DNA of 64,000 nucleotides from Orbicella franksi (Eukaryota): NCBI GenBank assembly GCA_964199315.1, contig OZ116701.1, positions 3,968,001 to 4,032,000 of the forward strand, read 5' to 3'. Shown piece by piece: positions 39,239 to 53,600 of this stretch (position 1 is its first letter; each line of letters starts with the position of its first letter). The notes under the pieces were generated by a model. It saw only the letters and a program-made list of their open reading frames with translations, ran no database searches and was not told where the DNA came from. The position numbers and the translations under genes were made by a program.

Positions 39239-40049
39239 GTATTTGTTCCAGTTGAGTTGGATAATGAGCGCACTTTCGCCCCAAGGCTGGCTGGTTCCGG
39301 CTACACTTCTGTTACGCACAGCTGCCAGACGGCTTGAGTGTAGAGGATATTGAAATTTTAGGCAGTGTTTGTAAATAGTATTCGGCAGAGGCAAGTGTGA
39401 TGAGAACTTCACGGCGCGCGCAGTAATTTTGACCTGCCCTGTGTGCGAGGTCGTACATGTAACACTCGCGGCATTCATCGTACGTTAACATTTTATTTTG
39501 TTGATTGAAGACACACTTCTACGAACAGAATTGGTTACCCATGAAGCATCTAGCCTCGTAAATGTTTTGAGCAGCGGAAGAAACATTTACACCGTTTCAC
39601 TGAGAAAGTCGACAAATTGTGTTAATTATAACCATGTCCATGACCCTAAACAGAGGTGAATACGTCTCGTCACTTAGCAACGTCACTGATCAGTGGACAG
39701 TAATCGTGGGCTCATATTCAGAGGACTTTAACTGTTTCCTCAATTAGGAGATGTCAGCTGCGCTTTCAGAAAGTCGTGGCGTGGACTGAGAATGATGCAC
39801 AGGTATAGCGTGGGAGAACGACTTTGCGACCTCCAGTACACCAACTCGAAATTCTGAAAAGCGTGCGCGAATATATACTTAACAATGTATGAAGTATCTT
39901 GTCTCGAGATGGTCGAAATATTAAGCACAAAAACGCGAGGTTTCACCCGCTGTATAAACGAAGGTGGTATCACAATAGAGTTCTCGTCGCGTACGTTTGA
40001 ACGACAGGAAATCGCTTGACTGGTGTTCCTTATTGGTTAAACCTCTGAT

Positions 40050-41650
40050 TTAACCGTAAAAATCAAAGTCATCATCATCTTGGTCCATGCCTCCAGTGCT
40101 CAGCTGTAAATCCACTTCGGATTCAGTGTCTGAAGTATTCCAAAAATCTATGAACGATAAAGAAATCATCAGTGACATGTTTTGATACTTTTTTTTTGGA
40201 CCACCAAGATTTAACATCACTAAGCAAAGAAAGCAGTCTTATTCTTGGAGAATGAACAAGGATGCCTTAAAACGCTTCAGTGTGTTTCCTACACTAACTA
40301 AAACTGAGGCACAGGAACACAATATAAGGCCAAATGGCACAACGCTCGTTCAGTTTGGAATTATCGCTCATCCAGTGATTTCTACAGTAGACAAAAAATA
40401 GGTTTGTCTCCCTCTAAAAAAATCCGGAAATCCCGGTTGGGATATGAATCGAATTAAATTTTTTTTTTCCGGAAATGTTTTGTACCTGACAAACAACAGT
40501 ATCCTTATTAAGTCTGCTAGGATCGCGACTGAAACGTTCTTCACCTGTTTTACGCTTAGCTTTGGAGTCACTGGCGGATTTGGGCTCGCTTTTGTCGTTC
40601 TCCTTGTCTAGTTTGTTCCTCTGTTCGCTGTTTTCGAGAGCAGTTGGTGTATATCCAACACCAAAATCCGGTGATAACGGAGGCGACACCACTGATTCGG
40701 AATCTGAAATGTCAGATTTGACTGATTTCAGCGACGAACCTCCCCAGCTATCGCCCAAGTCTTTTTCAGCGTTTTTCCCCTCTGTCCCAGTTTCAAACAG
40801 AGAGAGCTTCGGTTTCTGTTTGACGCTTTTCAAATTGTTTGGTGATCTCTGACGGGGGGACGTCACGGGTGGGGAGATGGTTCGTGCCAGTTCCCTCTCA
40901 ACGTCGTCGTCATCCTCGCTGTCCTGTTTCTGCGGTCCAGACGTTCCCAGGAGATCACTGATGTCGTCGTCCGGCTCTGAGTGGGCGCTGCTCATCATTT
41001 TCTGGTACGCAGCAGTTTCAGTCAGCGGCACTTCGTCCTCAAAATCATCCTCGTATGAAACCGTAGGATCAGGTGTCGCTTTGCGGTTTTCTTCGTTGGA
41101 TTTACTACAAAATAATAATAAAAAAACGTTAGAGTTAACAATCGTGTCGTCGATTTCGGTGCAATCTCAGTGTAATGAATGCGGATCTAAGTAAGCTCCA
41201 GATTAACAGGGGATCTCATTCAGGGTCGGGGACCGCGCAAATCGACTGACTGAGGATGATTTTACTTGCCTGTTTTGACCATCTAGAGGAAAGTTTTCTT
41301 ATAAAGAAGTTCAATTCAAAAAGTCTTGCCTGCCTGTGAAAACCAGTTGTTCTCCTGCTGAAACCATTACTGAATGACACCCCTGGATACACGGGGAATG
41401 AACGCGTATGCGTAACAAGCATGCACGTCACTTACTTTAACTCAACTTTAGGCGGAGTTGAACCCAGTGTACTACTAGAACCACCACTACCAATTGACAC
41501 TTTATCATGTTCTTGATCGTTTGCAGCCTCAGTTTCAAACCGAGTCTCAAGATCCAAATCGTGATCTTTAGGGGATGGAGGAGGAGAAGCGGAGTGACTG
41601 CTGACATCTGAGATTGCAGCTTCAAGGATTCTGCACAGTAGCAATTGACT
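40050..41650 (-). CDS. 3' exons of an unidentified Ser/Asp/Glu-rich, largely low-complexity protein; 5' part probably extends to ~44.8 kb
   Basis: Exons 41650-41436, 41104-40545 and 40147-40050 splice in phase with GT-AG to give ...SQLLLCRILEAA...AKRKTDFWNTSDTESEVDLQLSTGGMDQDDDDFDFYG*. Candidate upstream exons near 42415-42370, 43025-42975 and 44715-44545 are unresolved. Confidence 0.7.
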
Positions 41651-43654
41651 CTGCGGAAAGAAAAACGTAAATATTGAATTAAGAGAAAATTGTTTAGAAA
41701 TGAAATATACTTGATTCAGTGCTTGGTTACATTTTCCAAGATTGGCGGTATTTACCAAGGCAGAAGAATTTTGCGTCTTAGATGACTTATGAAGGACTTA
41801 GCGTATTTGATATTTGAAAACAAACAAAAAAAAATTACTTGCTGTCAGACAAATACCCGAATTAGCTCATTTCTAAATTTTTGGTTTCCCTTCAACCTAA
41901 CCGTCAACTGCGAATTCTTCCTTTATCTTTCTGTCATACAATTAGACATAACTGGGCTGGAGGCTACCTCGAAAACCTAACGGTACATTTACACAGCTTC
42001 CAGTCTCATTCAAACAAGATAACAAACAATTACCTAATCTAAAACATACTACCTATATTAAATCAACTAAAAAATGTCAATATTCATATCTATGATGAGA
42101 AAACTAAAGATAATATTGTTGTTGTTAAGCGTCTTAGGCGTTTTATGCGCCTAGACAAGGACGGAAAATAAAACAAACGCTACGTTCAGTTTCAGACCCA
42201 TCATTAGTCAGGTAAATATGAGACGCATAATAGAGACGAATTTGTAATCAAGCGACCAAAAATCTCTCTGATCATAACAGCTTTCTTGTCAACCACACTA
42301 GTTCTATGCGTCTCGTAGTATTCACCCCCATGTCCGACAAATTATACGTCTTCCCAGGTAAATATGCGTTACTCTTTTAATTTGTCTCGTGTCGAGTACT
42401 AGATCATCCACAGTTGTCTAGAAGCCAAGATCAACAGCCCGCACGTATCTTGTTATACTCTTAGTTTAGTTATTCTTTAGTCTAAGTGGTTTAGCTCTTA
42501 ACCGCAGCTTCACGGAAGAAAGTTCATATTGACCTTGACTGGGATTTCCGCAATAACTTAAACTTATGCTTTGATTCTTTGTTTTTAGATTCGTTCCTTG
42601 AAATGTTATTTATCACGTTCATATTATCCACCTAAAAATACTTTTTGAAGGAATTTCTGGGGGATTTGTTCCTTCCTGAGAAACGCTTAGCCTGCGTGGC
42701 AGGCGTTCAATGGGAGAGGGGAGGGGGAAACTAGAAGGACGAAGTGCTGAACACGATGGACGCCCGCCACGCAGGCTAAGTTAAGCTCTTAGGATCCAAA
42801 AACCCAAACATGCCTACAGTGTAAACATTCACATACAACGAGGTGCATTTAGCTCTGCAGTCTAGCACAGAAGTGGGAAGTGCAAAGTAGAAAGTAAAGG
42901 AAGGAATCTCTCGTAGTCTCTGTTAACTCCGCTGCCGAGCGAGTGCAGCATTCTAACAAGATATTCTCGTTACGCTGCGTTTCACAAAGCCACGTCTTCT
43001 GTTGGCTTCGTGCTCCAAGGAGGCGGCTGAAATTTAGGCTAAGTTTCACAATCCTGCCGGGAGAACTCAGGAAATGTTTGTTTTTTCGATTAGTTTCTGT
43101 AGAAGACGGAAAATAAGATGTAAAAACGTTCATTTCAATCAGACTAAAAAACCGACGAACTTCTTGGAGTCTGCTGTCAGCATGGGGCAGGCTACTATAA
43201 GATTTGTCTAAACTGCAAACAGCGACTATATTTGTTAGAAGGCTACAAAAATATTGTTCTTTTGGCTTTAAAAACACAGTAAGGAAGCCGGTCGTCTCTA
43301 ACTTGTCTAAAGCCATTAGTCTGGGTTCATTATAGAAATACGTTTTACATTATTTTAAGTGCGTGAAATTCTGTTCTCGATTGTTCGCGAGTTTGTTAAA
43401 GTGACGCTCCCAGTTGCTGCAGACAATAGTTGCAGCTTGCGGCCGAGGTATCAGAATAAACTGACGTCGGTCTGTAAAACTCGCCACAACTCAACAAGTT
43501 TGCTGTGGTTTCCCAAACTTCGTTTTGGCAACAAGGTGGGTGGAATTTTTGGTCTAGAGGTTACTTTTGGTATTAACAACGCTGCTCACAAAGTTAAACT
43601 GAGAAACACACTTCTTAGCATTTCAAGAATTCTTTTGTTTAACATCGGCAATAA

Positions 43655-43821
43655 TAGAGCGGTTTTTTTAATTGAGTGTCGTAAAACCAACACCAAACTA
43701 ATAACTTACCAATAAGCCTAGTCAACCAATCTCAAACCGTAGTAAAACCGAAACCAAAGTAAAGTAAAGTAAAGTAAAGTAGCTGCTGGTTACTTTCGAC
43801 ACTCAACTGAAAACCGCTGTA
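43655..43821. mobile_element. Short MITE with internal (AAAGT)n
   Basis: TAGAGCGGTTTTTTTAATTGAGTGTCG / CGACACTCAACTGAAAACCGCTGTA inverted ends. Confidence 0.65.
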
Positions 43822-46311
43822 ACACGAAGATGAAAACTAAGAACTCTTGCGATAAATAGAATACATTGGGAAGCCGTCTAGAGAAGATTAGGGCAAAATG
43901 GTTGTATTTTCTCTATTAACTTCATCTTAACTTCTCAATTAACAAACCATCAGGAATTCGACTCTCTTTATTATTATTACCAGCAGCAATTCTAACTTCA
44001 TTTACTTACTCATAAAAACTGAATTTAATCCACATGTGACGAGACAGAATGTTTTGTTCAACAAACTATCACAGCAGGATGCAAATATAAAAGTATTGAA
44101 CCCTCTGGACTTGCATTACTCTATTATTTCACTCGATTATAATTGAATTTTCATGTTTCCTATCTAATATTATTATCCAATTCTACTCGAATTATCCCAT
44201 AATATTTGTACTTAACGTGAAGGGTAACCGGGTATGTAGTAATCCTGTGCCTTTTGAACGCACAAAAGCGCAAATTAGTGACTTCAGGTGGAAAGAACTT
44301 TGAAAAATAAATCCTTTATTGTCTTGTTTAGTCTGTAATATCACTGTATATTTTTACTTGTTAGTTGTATTTGACTCGCCCTGTGGGCTGGCCAAAATAT
44401 ACTGGAGGACTTGTGCCAACAGTGCAGCGTGCTTATTCGCGTTTCCCGAAGGACATTCGCACATAAACGTCCGTCTACCCCTCTCATGTATAAGAGATGG
44501 GCGTGAACGTCGGAAAATTGAAAGGAACCCGTAAAAGGATACTATAATTTCGTTATGAAGGTAAGGCTCAAATTCATTTTCATCCCTAGAGGCATAAATT
44601 CGAAAACAAAACCACGGATTTTAACCCCAAAAGAAACGTCGATCACCCTCGGCACTTTGGTACGAGAGACCACTTCTAGAACATCACCTTACCCTATAGG
44701 TGGATACAGGTTTGCATCTGAAGCCTACAGCACAACAAGCTTTACTCTATCAGAGTTAGGCCAGACGTGAATTACATCAGTTAGCGGCCTTCTGTGTTTC
44801 GCAATTAAGACGCACTTAGACACAGCAAAACTCGACGTAATCCTCTATTTGGCGCTGGCGGGAGTCACAGCAGAAAGATTATCTTGCCAAAGCGACTTCC
44901 ATACTCGTAGATAAGCAGAGCTTTATGTTAAATTCATGTTGTCTAGCGTAATTCACCATGAATCCACTTCTTCATATATCTCAAGTCCTAGCTATGAGCG
45001 GGCGGGCGAAATGAGACCACCTTGCTTGCTCGAGATTAAGCGTTGTTTTCTTTACACCAGACAATAAATCCTTTATCAACCAAGTACATTCGATCAAGAT
45101 GGCACGATGTTGTCCTTTTTTTCCTGTGTTTATGGACCTTGATTGCGTGTCAGTCCATAAACAAGCGACAAAACAAACTTGGCTAATATCCAGCCATTTG
45201 TAAGAAAAAGCTTGGACCATAACCCAAGTATAGATGGGCTTATTGGTACCATGTGGTAAGGTTTGACTAAAAGCTTTAGATTACAATCTAAATTCAATTG
45301 TAAAATTCAGAGATAATTAATTTGCATGACAAGGTTAAAATACGTCCTTCTGACGTAAATTAGATGCAAAATTTATTCCAGGGCCCTTCTCGTAAATTCC
45401 ACATCGGATTTGCACGTTGATAAATAAACCCTTTCGCCTGATATGTTAAGAACAAAGAGCTGATTTCCATTTAATAGACACACTAGTAAATAGCTCAATG
45501 TTGCTTTTAGAGCTCTGAAAGGCGGAAAAAGGAAAAAAAATGTTGTTGTTTGTCTTTTTAGACTGGCTATTTTGGACGAATTCATTGCTTATCACGAAAT
45601 TTCAGCAATCTCTTGAAGATCTTATCGTTAGTACTTCATGTTGTCGGAACGACGCGGTTTATGTGCTGCTCAATGCATGATGATATGCTCATAACACGAG
45701 TTTAATACACATTAGTGCATCGGAACAACGTTCAACCTCAAATTAGGTCTGTTGTTTAATTAGCGGAAGGGAACATAAGACAAGATACAGCGCACAAATT
45801 AGGTCGCTTTTCTCGAATTTTCCATGAAACTGTAACGTTTAAGAATAAATTAGATTCTCGCTCTCCTGAAAATGAATAGCAAGTTTACCTGAACATAACA
45901 CAACTGCCTATTTTCAGTGTGTAATCAACGAAGAAAGGTAAAACACGACCTTCCACGAAGAAACAACCGCTAGGCAAGAACATGTGGAATTTGACCGGAG
46001 CCTATTTCTGTTCATCAAAAGAAAAAGACCTTTATGAACCCTATCAGATGGAAAACATTACTAGCGGCTTTTTTGTTTTAGGCTTTTGACATTTGGACAA
46101 ATACTTTTATAGTGTACAGCATTAAGACGCTATCAAAAAGAGCTGATCGTCAGTGAGGTCATCCACTCGCTGATTGCCGACGTCGGTGCGAGCAGCACCG
46201 GTAAAAGCAGCTTTAAACTGACCACCTTTACTGGAGCGAGTAGCTAACTCATATTTGGTACAGGTTGCAGCTTACGATAGAAGACCTTCAAAAGAGTCCC
46301 GAACTGGGAGA

Positions 46312-48063
46312 ATGGCATCCTTGCTTGTTCATTGTGCTCTGCTCTATATGTTTTTTCAAGCTTCTTCAAGCTACATTTGGGAACAGCACAAAAAGGGACA
46401 ACGAAACAATCAGGAGCGTAAGTTTTTACATTAGCTCTCTTTTACAACTATTTTAAACTTGTTTCCCATAATCATGTTTCGAGTTAACTGATCTTTTTTC
46501 CAAAAGGTAACAGTGAACCTCGCGACGGCGCAAGATAAAACACTTCGGAACCTCTACTGCCCCTAGAAAAACACATTTCACTCAATGCCAGCGATTTCGG
46601 GCTTTTGTTCTTTCACGACGTCCGAGCGATTCCTATCGCCTTCCTACGTCTTGCGTTAAAAACCAAACACAGCACCGAAGGCTATGACAAAAACACTGCT
46701 AAACGTACTAATTCTTAAACATGAAAGTTAAATTCCCATCTTTTGGGTCTTCAAACCATAGTTAGTAACTATGACCAAACAAACAGATGGTCGAAAATTG
46801 AAACGTCCCAATAAAGTGCGTTACGAAGTCGTTCTAGAAAAAAAAGCCCATGCCTTCTGCTAAAAGAGGGCTACTCAGACAACCAACGATAATAAATCAC
46901 ACTGCAGAACGAAAACAAAGCATTCCAGCTTTGGTTATTTCAGCTAATCAGCGTAGAGTACAATACACGAGTACCGCTAAGAATGTTCTTGTTCTCGTTT
47001 TGGAAGGTCCTTGTTGATCAAGTGATATTTTCCTCAGGATAAATTGCCATTTGGGCATTCAGCAAAACAACTAAGAAAACTAATACTGAAGCGATATAAA
47101 CGTGACTCATCGCTACAGCAACACTGGGCAGTGTTAAAGGCGCAAAAATGAAAGGCGCTATCCGCAGATTGCAGTGAGTTTGCATGGTAATGTTAGTTTT
47201 GTTATTTCAAGGACAGCTGCAATCTTGAAACAAAGTGAAAAGAGAGTAATAAGCACACTAGTAAGTTCCACAGCACCTCATTTTATATGTTTGGAAGAAA
47301 ATGCTATGCAGGATCTTTGATATTTAAAGACTTTCTCATTTCTCGGACAGGCTTTCAAAAGGTACCTTCGCGCATTGTTACAGCGAGAAAAATTGAAAGG
47401 TTTTTTCTTGGTCAACGTAGTCGTCACAAAAGATCGACCGATCACGACAATTCTTATCACGATGTCGTTTTGGTGTTTGACGCGTCCAATTCCATTCGCA
47501 AACGCGACTTTCACAAGGGCGTCAGGGCCCTCCAAGGCTTAATAGACAGAGCTCGAAAGGACGACCATTTTGCCGCCATCACCTACTCAGATAAAGCTAC
47601 CGTTGCATTTGATTTTACCAATCTTGAAACAGCAAAGCACAATCTTAACACCAGGGTTTTCTTCATTGGCAAAAAGACAAACACCCAAGAAGCGTTTGAA
47701 ATATGCCGCACGAAGCTGTTCCAAAACAAAAACTCTAATTTACGACCACGAGCAAAAAAACGTGTTCTTCTCCTCACGGATGGAAGCTCCAACATGAACA
47801 TCCACCTCACACTGTACCGCGCCTTTCAACTGAAAATCCTTGGTGTGGAAATGTTTGTGATTGGTGTTGGAAATTACATGCCTGGTATTCAAGAGTTGGT
47901 GGGTATTGCAAGCAGCACAAACAGACATTTGTTTCGTGTCAGGGACGCCCTGTCGTTTCTGGAAATCGTTCGGCTTATACCAGATTGGAAATACGTGCAC
48001 CAGCACCAGCTCCCTTGGGTCACGGCCAGGTACAGTTATGATTACGATGATGTTAACAATTAA
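46312..48063 (+). CDS. Secreted single-vWA-domain pre-pro-protein, paralog 1 (272 aa)
   Basis: Exon 1 46312-46417 (MASLLVHCALLYMFFQASSS, signal-peptide-like; donor GTAAGT). Exon 2 47351-48063 in phase. RHKR furin site. MIDAS residues DASNS, NTQEA, LLTDG. Confidence 0.85.
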
Positions 48064-48637
48064 CTTGTACCTCGTGAAGGACACACGTGCTTGCCACGAT
48101 AACAAGCTAGAATGAACATCTTGTATAAATAAGCCTTCCTTTACTAGCTACGAATCCCAGAATATGAAAAACCTGAAGCTGGTAGTCTTTTTTTTCAAGC
48201 CATCCTTTGACAAGACAGACGGATGGCCTGCATAGGCTCAATACTGTATATCTAACACTGACAATGTTAAACGTCTCTAGTGCCGTCAAAATGAGTGAAG
48301 ACAGCTAAAAAACTGGTCTGTACACAAAGGTTCTATAGAGTTTTAGTATAAATCTACTAGCGTTCTATCGCGAATGCCGTTCTCTGATTGGCTACGCTAC
48401 TCACTATCTATTCTTTGATAGATAGTGCCGGAGTAGGGTAGCAGTGTGCCCTTGTTAACAAAATTACGGCCGCTTCTTGACGTTTTCGAAGTGTTTATGA
48501 AGAGGATTTAGATAAAGTTTTGAGCGACTAGTAGCTTTGTACTAAAACAATTGAATTATTAGCTATGCGTGATAGTTGACGAGGGCGCAGTCCGAGTCAA
48601 ATAACACGCGATAGAAATCTCGACCTCATATACTTAG

Positions 48638-48655
48638 TAGAAACACGAGTGGAAG

Positions 48656-48686
<31 letters not shown>

Positions 48687-48762
48687 AAACCGACAGGCGA
48701 ATGCGGTTTCTACAGTTTCTTCGAGTTTTCCGAGTTCTCCCAAACTTTCACGAGCGTTTGTA
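48638..48762. mobile_element. Short palindromic MITE
   Basis: TAGAAACACGAGTGGAAGTTTGGGAGAAC / GTTCTCCCAAACTTTCACGAGCGTTTGTA inverted ends. Confidence 0.65.
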
Positions 48763-50688
48763 TAATCTGCATCAGCGCGCGTATTTTCCTTGGGCTATAT
48801 TTTAAGCGTCATTAGTACCGCCTTAAATGGCTAAGGACAGCTAAAAGATCTATACATAAAGGTTATCCACGACAGTTACACAACTGAGATAGCAAGGCGT
48901 AACTGATACATTTCTGTCAAGTAAGAGGCAAGAAAACTAGTAAACTAGCGAGAAAAGTGTAAATTGTAAAGGAACAAGTAAGCGACAAATTCAAACTTCA
49001 CATCATTAAAATGAAAACCAACGATATGATATCAGTGTTGGTAGTCCCCAGTCCTCAGCCGCACCCGGCTTTGTACAACTAGTCAACGAGCATGCGCGAA
49101 GACATCTCCGCCTATTTTCCTTAACTACAGTGCGTATGCTGTATTCACGTAAAATATTTGTGTCATGATTTCACAAAGGTACGCATTTTAACTTGTATGT
49201 TGCTGAGTCCTCCATAAAGCTTTAAGGGAAATAGGTTTTACTTTTCTTTCAACTGAATTTACACCGCTAAAGTTATTGCCTTTTCCTGAAGGATTAAAAA
49301 CCGCTGCGTCTCGTGCAAGAATATAGTTTTGACATTTATACCTCATTGTTAATTCACAGTACAAACACTGCATGCAGTGGTAACTTTACACGGTTGTCTT
49401 CTAGTTACAATGCACTTATCCAACTGAGTTCACTTTATACAGGTACACCCACTCTTTAATAGGCGTAACTCTCGCGTGTCACAGAAGGTTAAAAAGTGTG
49501 TGGGTTAACAAGGTGACAACGTGTTTTTGACATCCACGAAAAAGACAAAGACCCTGAGCTCCGGGCCTGAGCTAAACTAAACTCCATCAAAAGGGGAAAT
49601 AAAATTTGATTCAGCTTATTAACTTGATAGAAAATTGACATCATACCAGACCAACGAATCCAGTCCTGTGATTCCTGTCCTATGTGTAGTAGGTTCTGAT
49701 GGGTACTTTGTTATAACAAGTTGTACAACTAAAATATACCCATGTGCAATAATTGAAATTCAACCCACCAGCACGCCAGTCATACAAACTTGCGCTATAG
49801 TTCAAGTCACGCGTTTAATATAATGTTCACCACAGAACAATCGGTCACGGACCATTTCGATAGAAAAAATCAACCTTCTTTAAGAACGTATGATGAACAT
49901 AATAATAGCCTGAAATTGTCTCACTTGGATATCGAGACGGTCGTTTTTCGCCGCTTTACCTCTTGCAGTGCAGTCTAAATAGACCTTACATATCACCCGC
50001 ACTGACAGATACGCCGTTCAATACACGGACGTTAGTGTAGAGCATTGTGATCTTGGGGTAAAAGCTAGTTGAGCCAACAGCCTTATTTGTGTCGAGAGGG
50101 GGTCAACAAATTAGTTCTGTTATGGCCGTGAAGGAAAATCTGTAGCTCAGCACGATAATCTTAAATATACGGAAGATGAAATGCTGTCCCTTTACACGTA
50201 TATAGCGTGAGACACATGTTGACAGCCCTCTTGGCGGTTTTATCCCACTTGCCATACAGCTCTGGCAAGCTTGCCGCTAACAGGTACACCTATATTCTGA
50301 TGGGTTATATTTCAAGCCTTTTAAGTCAGCGTTGAAAGACAACTCCTTTGCAGTTTTGGTCTAGAAATTACGGCATGCCTTTCGTAATCTGCAACAGATT
50401 TTAAAAAAACGTGTTTTCAATGAAATAAATAATAGTTTCTCAGACTCTCCTTGGCTTTTCTTTCGTACACAAAAAAAGAGCATTTTTATTCGAAAAGGGA
50501 TATAATTTATATCGTTCGTGACCAAACTGAAGGCGGTATGAATTCTAACACAGAGACAAATGTTGTAATGAAAACTTAATCTTACTGCGGTAAATCATGC
50601 TACATTGAACCGTTTCATGACACAAAACATCTGCTTACCTTTTAGAAAAAACGTTCTAGACACCAAAAATTACTTCAGCCGAGAAAGC

Positions 50689-53600
50689 CCTATTTGTGCG
50701 TGATCTCACAAAGCACGCGACCTACCACTAAGGGGTCTGGAATGGCAGCACCATCGAGAAAGTCCTTCACTAATAAAAAAAATTCACCTCAAGAGCCTTG
50801 TTTTGAAGAGTTTAAGAGGTAATCAAATATCAGAAGTGAATGGAACAAAGAGTTATGTTCTCCAGTAGCACAATAAAGTGAAATTGATCGCGTCATCAAG
50901 TTTAATCTTGGACTTTACAGACAGCACAACAGGATGAACATTAAGCTTGCAAGCACGGCCTTTTCTAAGTGGTCACAAATAATAGCTATCGAATAAAACG
51001 AGGTGAAGTTATTATTGTGCTCTGCGTCTGGACATCTGAAAAAGCGATTACCAAAAATTGCGCGGGGCCAAATCACTTATTTCACAATATCGACGCTAAA
51101 GCTGCAAATTGCCCCCCAATAGCGCCATCGTCAGTGTTAAACAGAAAAAAAAAAAAAAAACCGCGAAGAAACTCTCTTCAAAGCACAAAATCTGATTACT
51201 TTTGATCACCTCAGTGAAAGTTGAACTAGTTTTACAAACTAAAAGACGTAAAACGCACTGATGACAACTGCAAAGCGATTATCTAAAAAATGTGTTCTTT
51301 TCGTCAGCCATTGGCGGTGTAAAGCTATTTGTCAGCGCTATTTCCCGATCACTCACAGGCCACTATTTAAACAGCATGGGACCATCATTCGAGAACAAGA
51401 CAATAAAAGACAACAAAAGACAACAACAAACTTCTATCCGTTGTTTCACTCCCTTTTCTGCGTGTGTAGCTCTCTTCCTGTGTTAATCTCAATCTTCTTC
51501 TACATTTCCCGTTATTCAGTTTTTATATTAGTTAATGCGAGTTGTTTAGGAAGTCAACTTTTTGTGTTACGCGTTGTCCACAGAGGAAATTGTAATTAGC
51601 AAGGTTAAAAAAGTGAATTGGAAAATATTGGAAAAAAAAGCTTGTGGGTGATAGGATATGTGAAAGCATCCACCGAACCAGGATATGCTCGATGCCGAGC
51701 ACATGAGTGGACTAAACTCAACTGAAACGATAACTATGATTCGAAAACACAAGAAATAGTCTACGTTCTGGCTCTGCTCAGTTGAACAACTTTTAATTCC
51801 AGTTCCTTTAATGATAATGAATTTCAAATCTGCATGTTACATGTCTTTTCTGTATTATATTTCAGCGAGTTCCATCAGTAAACAGGAAAAACACACGCAT
51901 GGGATATTTTAAGTAGTATTTCAAAACACTACTGAGACAACTCTTTTAGCGGGATATTTGAACCAAACACAGCCAAAACAACCTTTGTTTTCACGAGAGA
52001 ACACAAAACTCGGCTTTGGGGTGGTCAAATTTCCCCACTTGATGTAGAACATTCCAATTCTGTCAACCAACAGATCAACTGTCGTGGTATTATTTAAAAA
52101 TACTGATCTGACTGAGCAATTTTCCATTTGTTAGCATCAAAGAAAAATGTACAAACATTCAATCGGAATATTTTCAAGTAGTTTTAAACAATAATTTCGG
52201 TGCATAACTCTTACTCCATTATTGAGTGTTGAAGGAAACCTCAGCTGGTGACTATCAATCAAAACACAAGTATTTCTACCGACCTTCAGGACATCTTAAA
52301 TTCATAATGTTTGTTCAGACGAAAGAAGTTGTTCCGTGCTCTTGATCAGTGAAAAATCTCACCAACGTCAACGCTTGCTATTGTTATGGATACGGCAACA
52401 TTTATTTCTCGCCTTCTTGCCAAACCAAGAAAGAGGTAAAATAAACAATGCAGGCCACTGACTGCATAGGTATGGTTTTTAATACTGCCAAAGGCGTTGG
52501 CTATTTCCGAACGATGACAAATTCAAGAATTGGGCGGTAGTTTCTAGACGTAGCCACAAATTAATTTTCAACACCAAAGGGCGTGAAATATAAACCAAAC
52601 TAAGGCACTTTTATTGAGTAGCATTAACCTGTTAACACTTTATATCAATGGAGATAAAATCAAGCATAACTCCCGGAGAATATTCGAGCTTTAGGCAGAC
52701 GCAAAGCGCTGGGCACTCCTTAGAACGAACCATCGGGCCTGAGCGGAGTACAAGCTGTGAAGTCGTCAGATAAGATGTCCCTGCTTAAGCTATTTTTATT
52801 GCTGTTACTAGTTATGTTTTCACACTGCTTTGTGTGGGAAAAGACGAAGAAAAGCGGAATTTCTCATCAGTCAAGTGAGTTTAAGCACTTGTTAGCTATT
52901 ACCGCAAGTCGTGCCGATATACGCTCGTTCGTTCCTTTGATCTAGAATTGAAAAGATCTTCCGTTTGATGAAGCGGCCTTTTGTGTAAATTGGCGCAACA
53001 CTATAAGTGAATTTCCAAAGACGCCCATAATTAAAGAGGTAAATAGAGCACCATATTAAGCGTGCTTAGCACTACGTTCCTCTTTTTATCGTCCAGCCAT
53101 ATAGAAAGGAATTGGCGCAGTGAACAACTGGATGATTCAACATCAAAAACAGCCATTTACCGGAACCGAGCCGCTCAAGACGGAAACCCTTAAATGGTTG
53201 AAAATGATAGTAAAAAACAAAGTCCTTGAATGATATCACGAAAATCCAAGTACCTGTGCTTCACTGGGAGATGAAGACAATAAGTAATCCGGCACGAAAC
53301 GAGGCACAAGTGGTACTGATGCAAGCATAGAATACGTTATTGTCGCGCTCTCACAACTAGTTTAATCAGAATTATTTGTAGAACTTCTGCGCTTACAAAC
53401 GAAAGGCGATGAGCTACATAAAGATAAAGGTCGCACTACATGAAATCCATACCTACGTAGTCTAAAAACGTCTCTATTTGCGTATACCTTGAGAATATAA
53501 CAATTAATCGCTGTATATATTAAATGGAGAAATAATTCAAGCATCTTCTGATACGGAAGAACGACAAACACTGTATGTAACTAAATCGACTGATCAGAGC

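Noticed and set aside
42849-43316. 155-aa minus-strand ORF as a single-exon gene
   Set aside because: It contains polypyrimidine/AG acceptor-like tracts and is more likely a read-through of small exons and introns of the unidentified gene. I could not resolve the phases.
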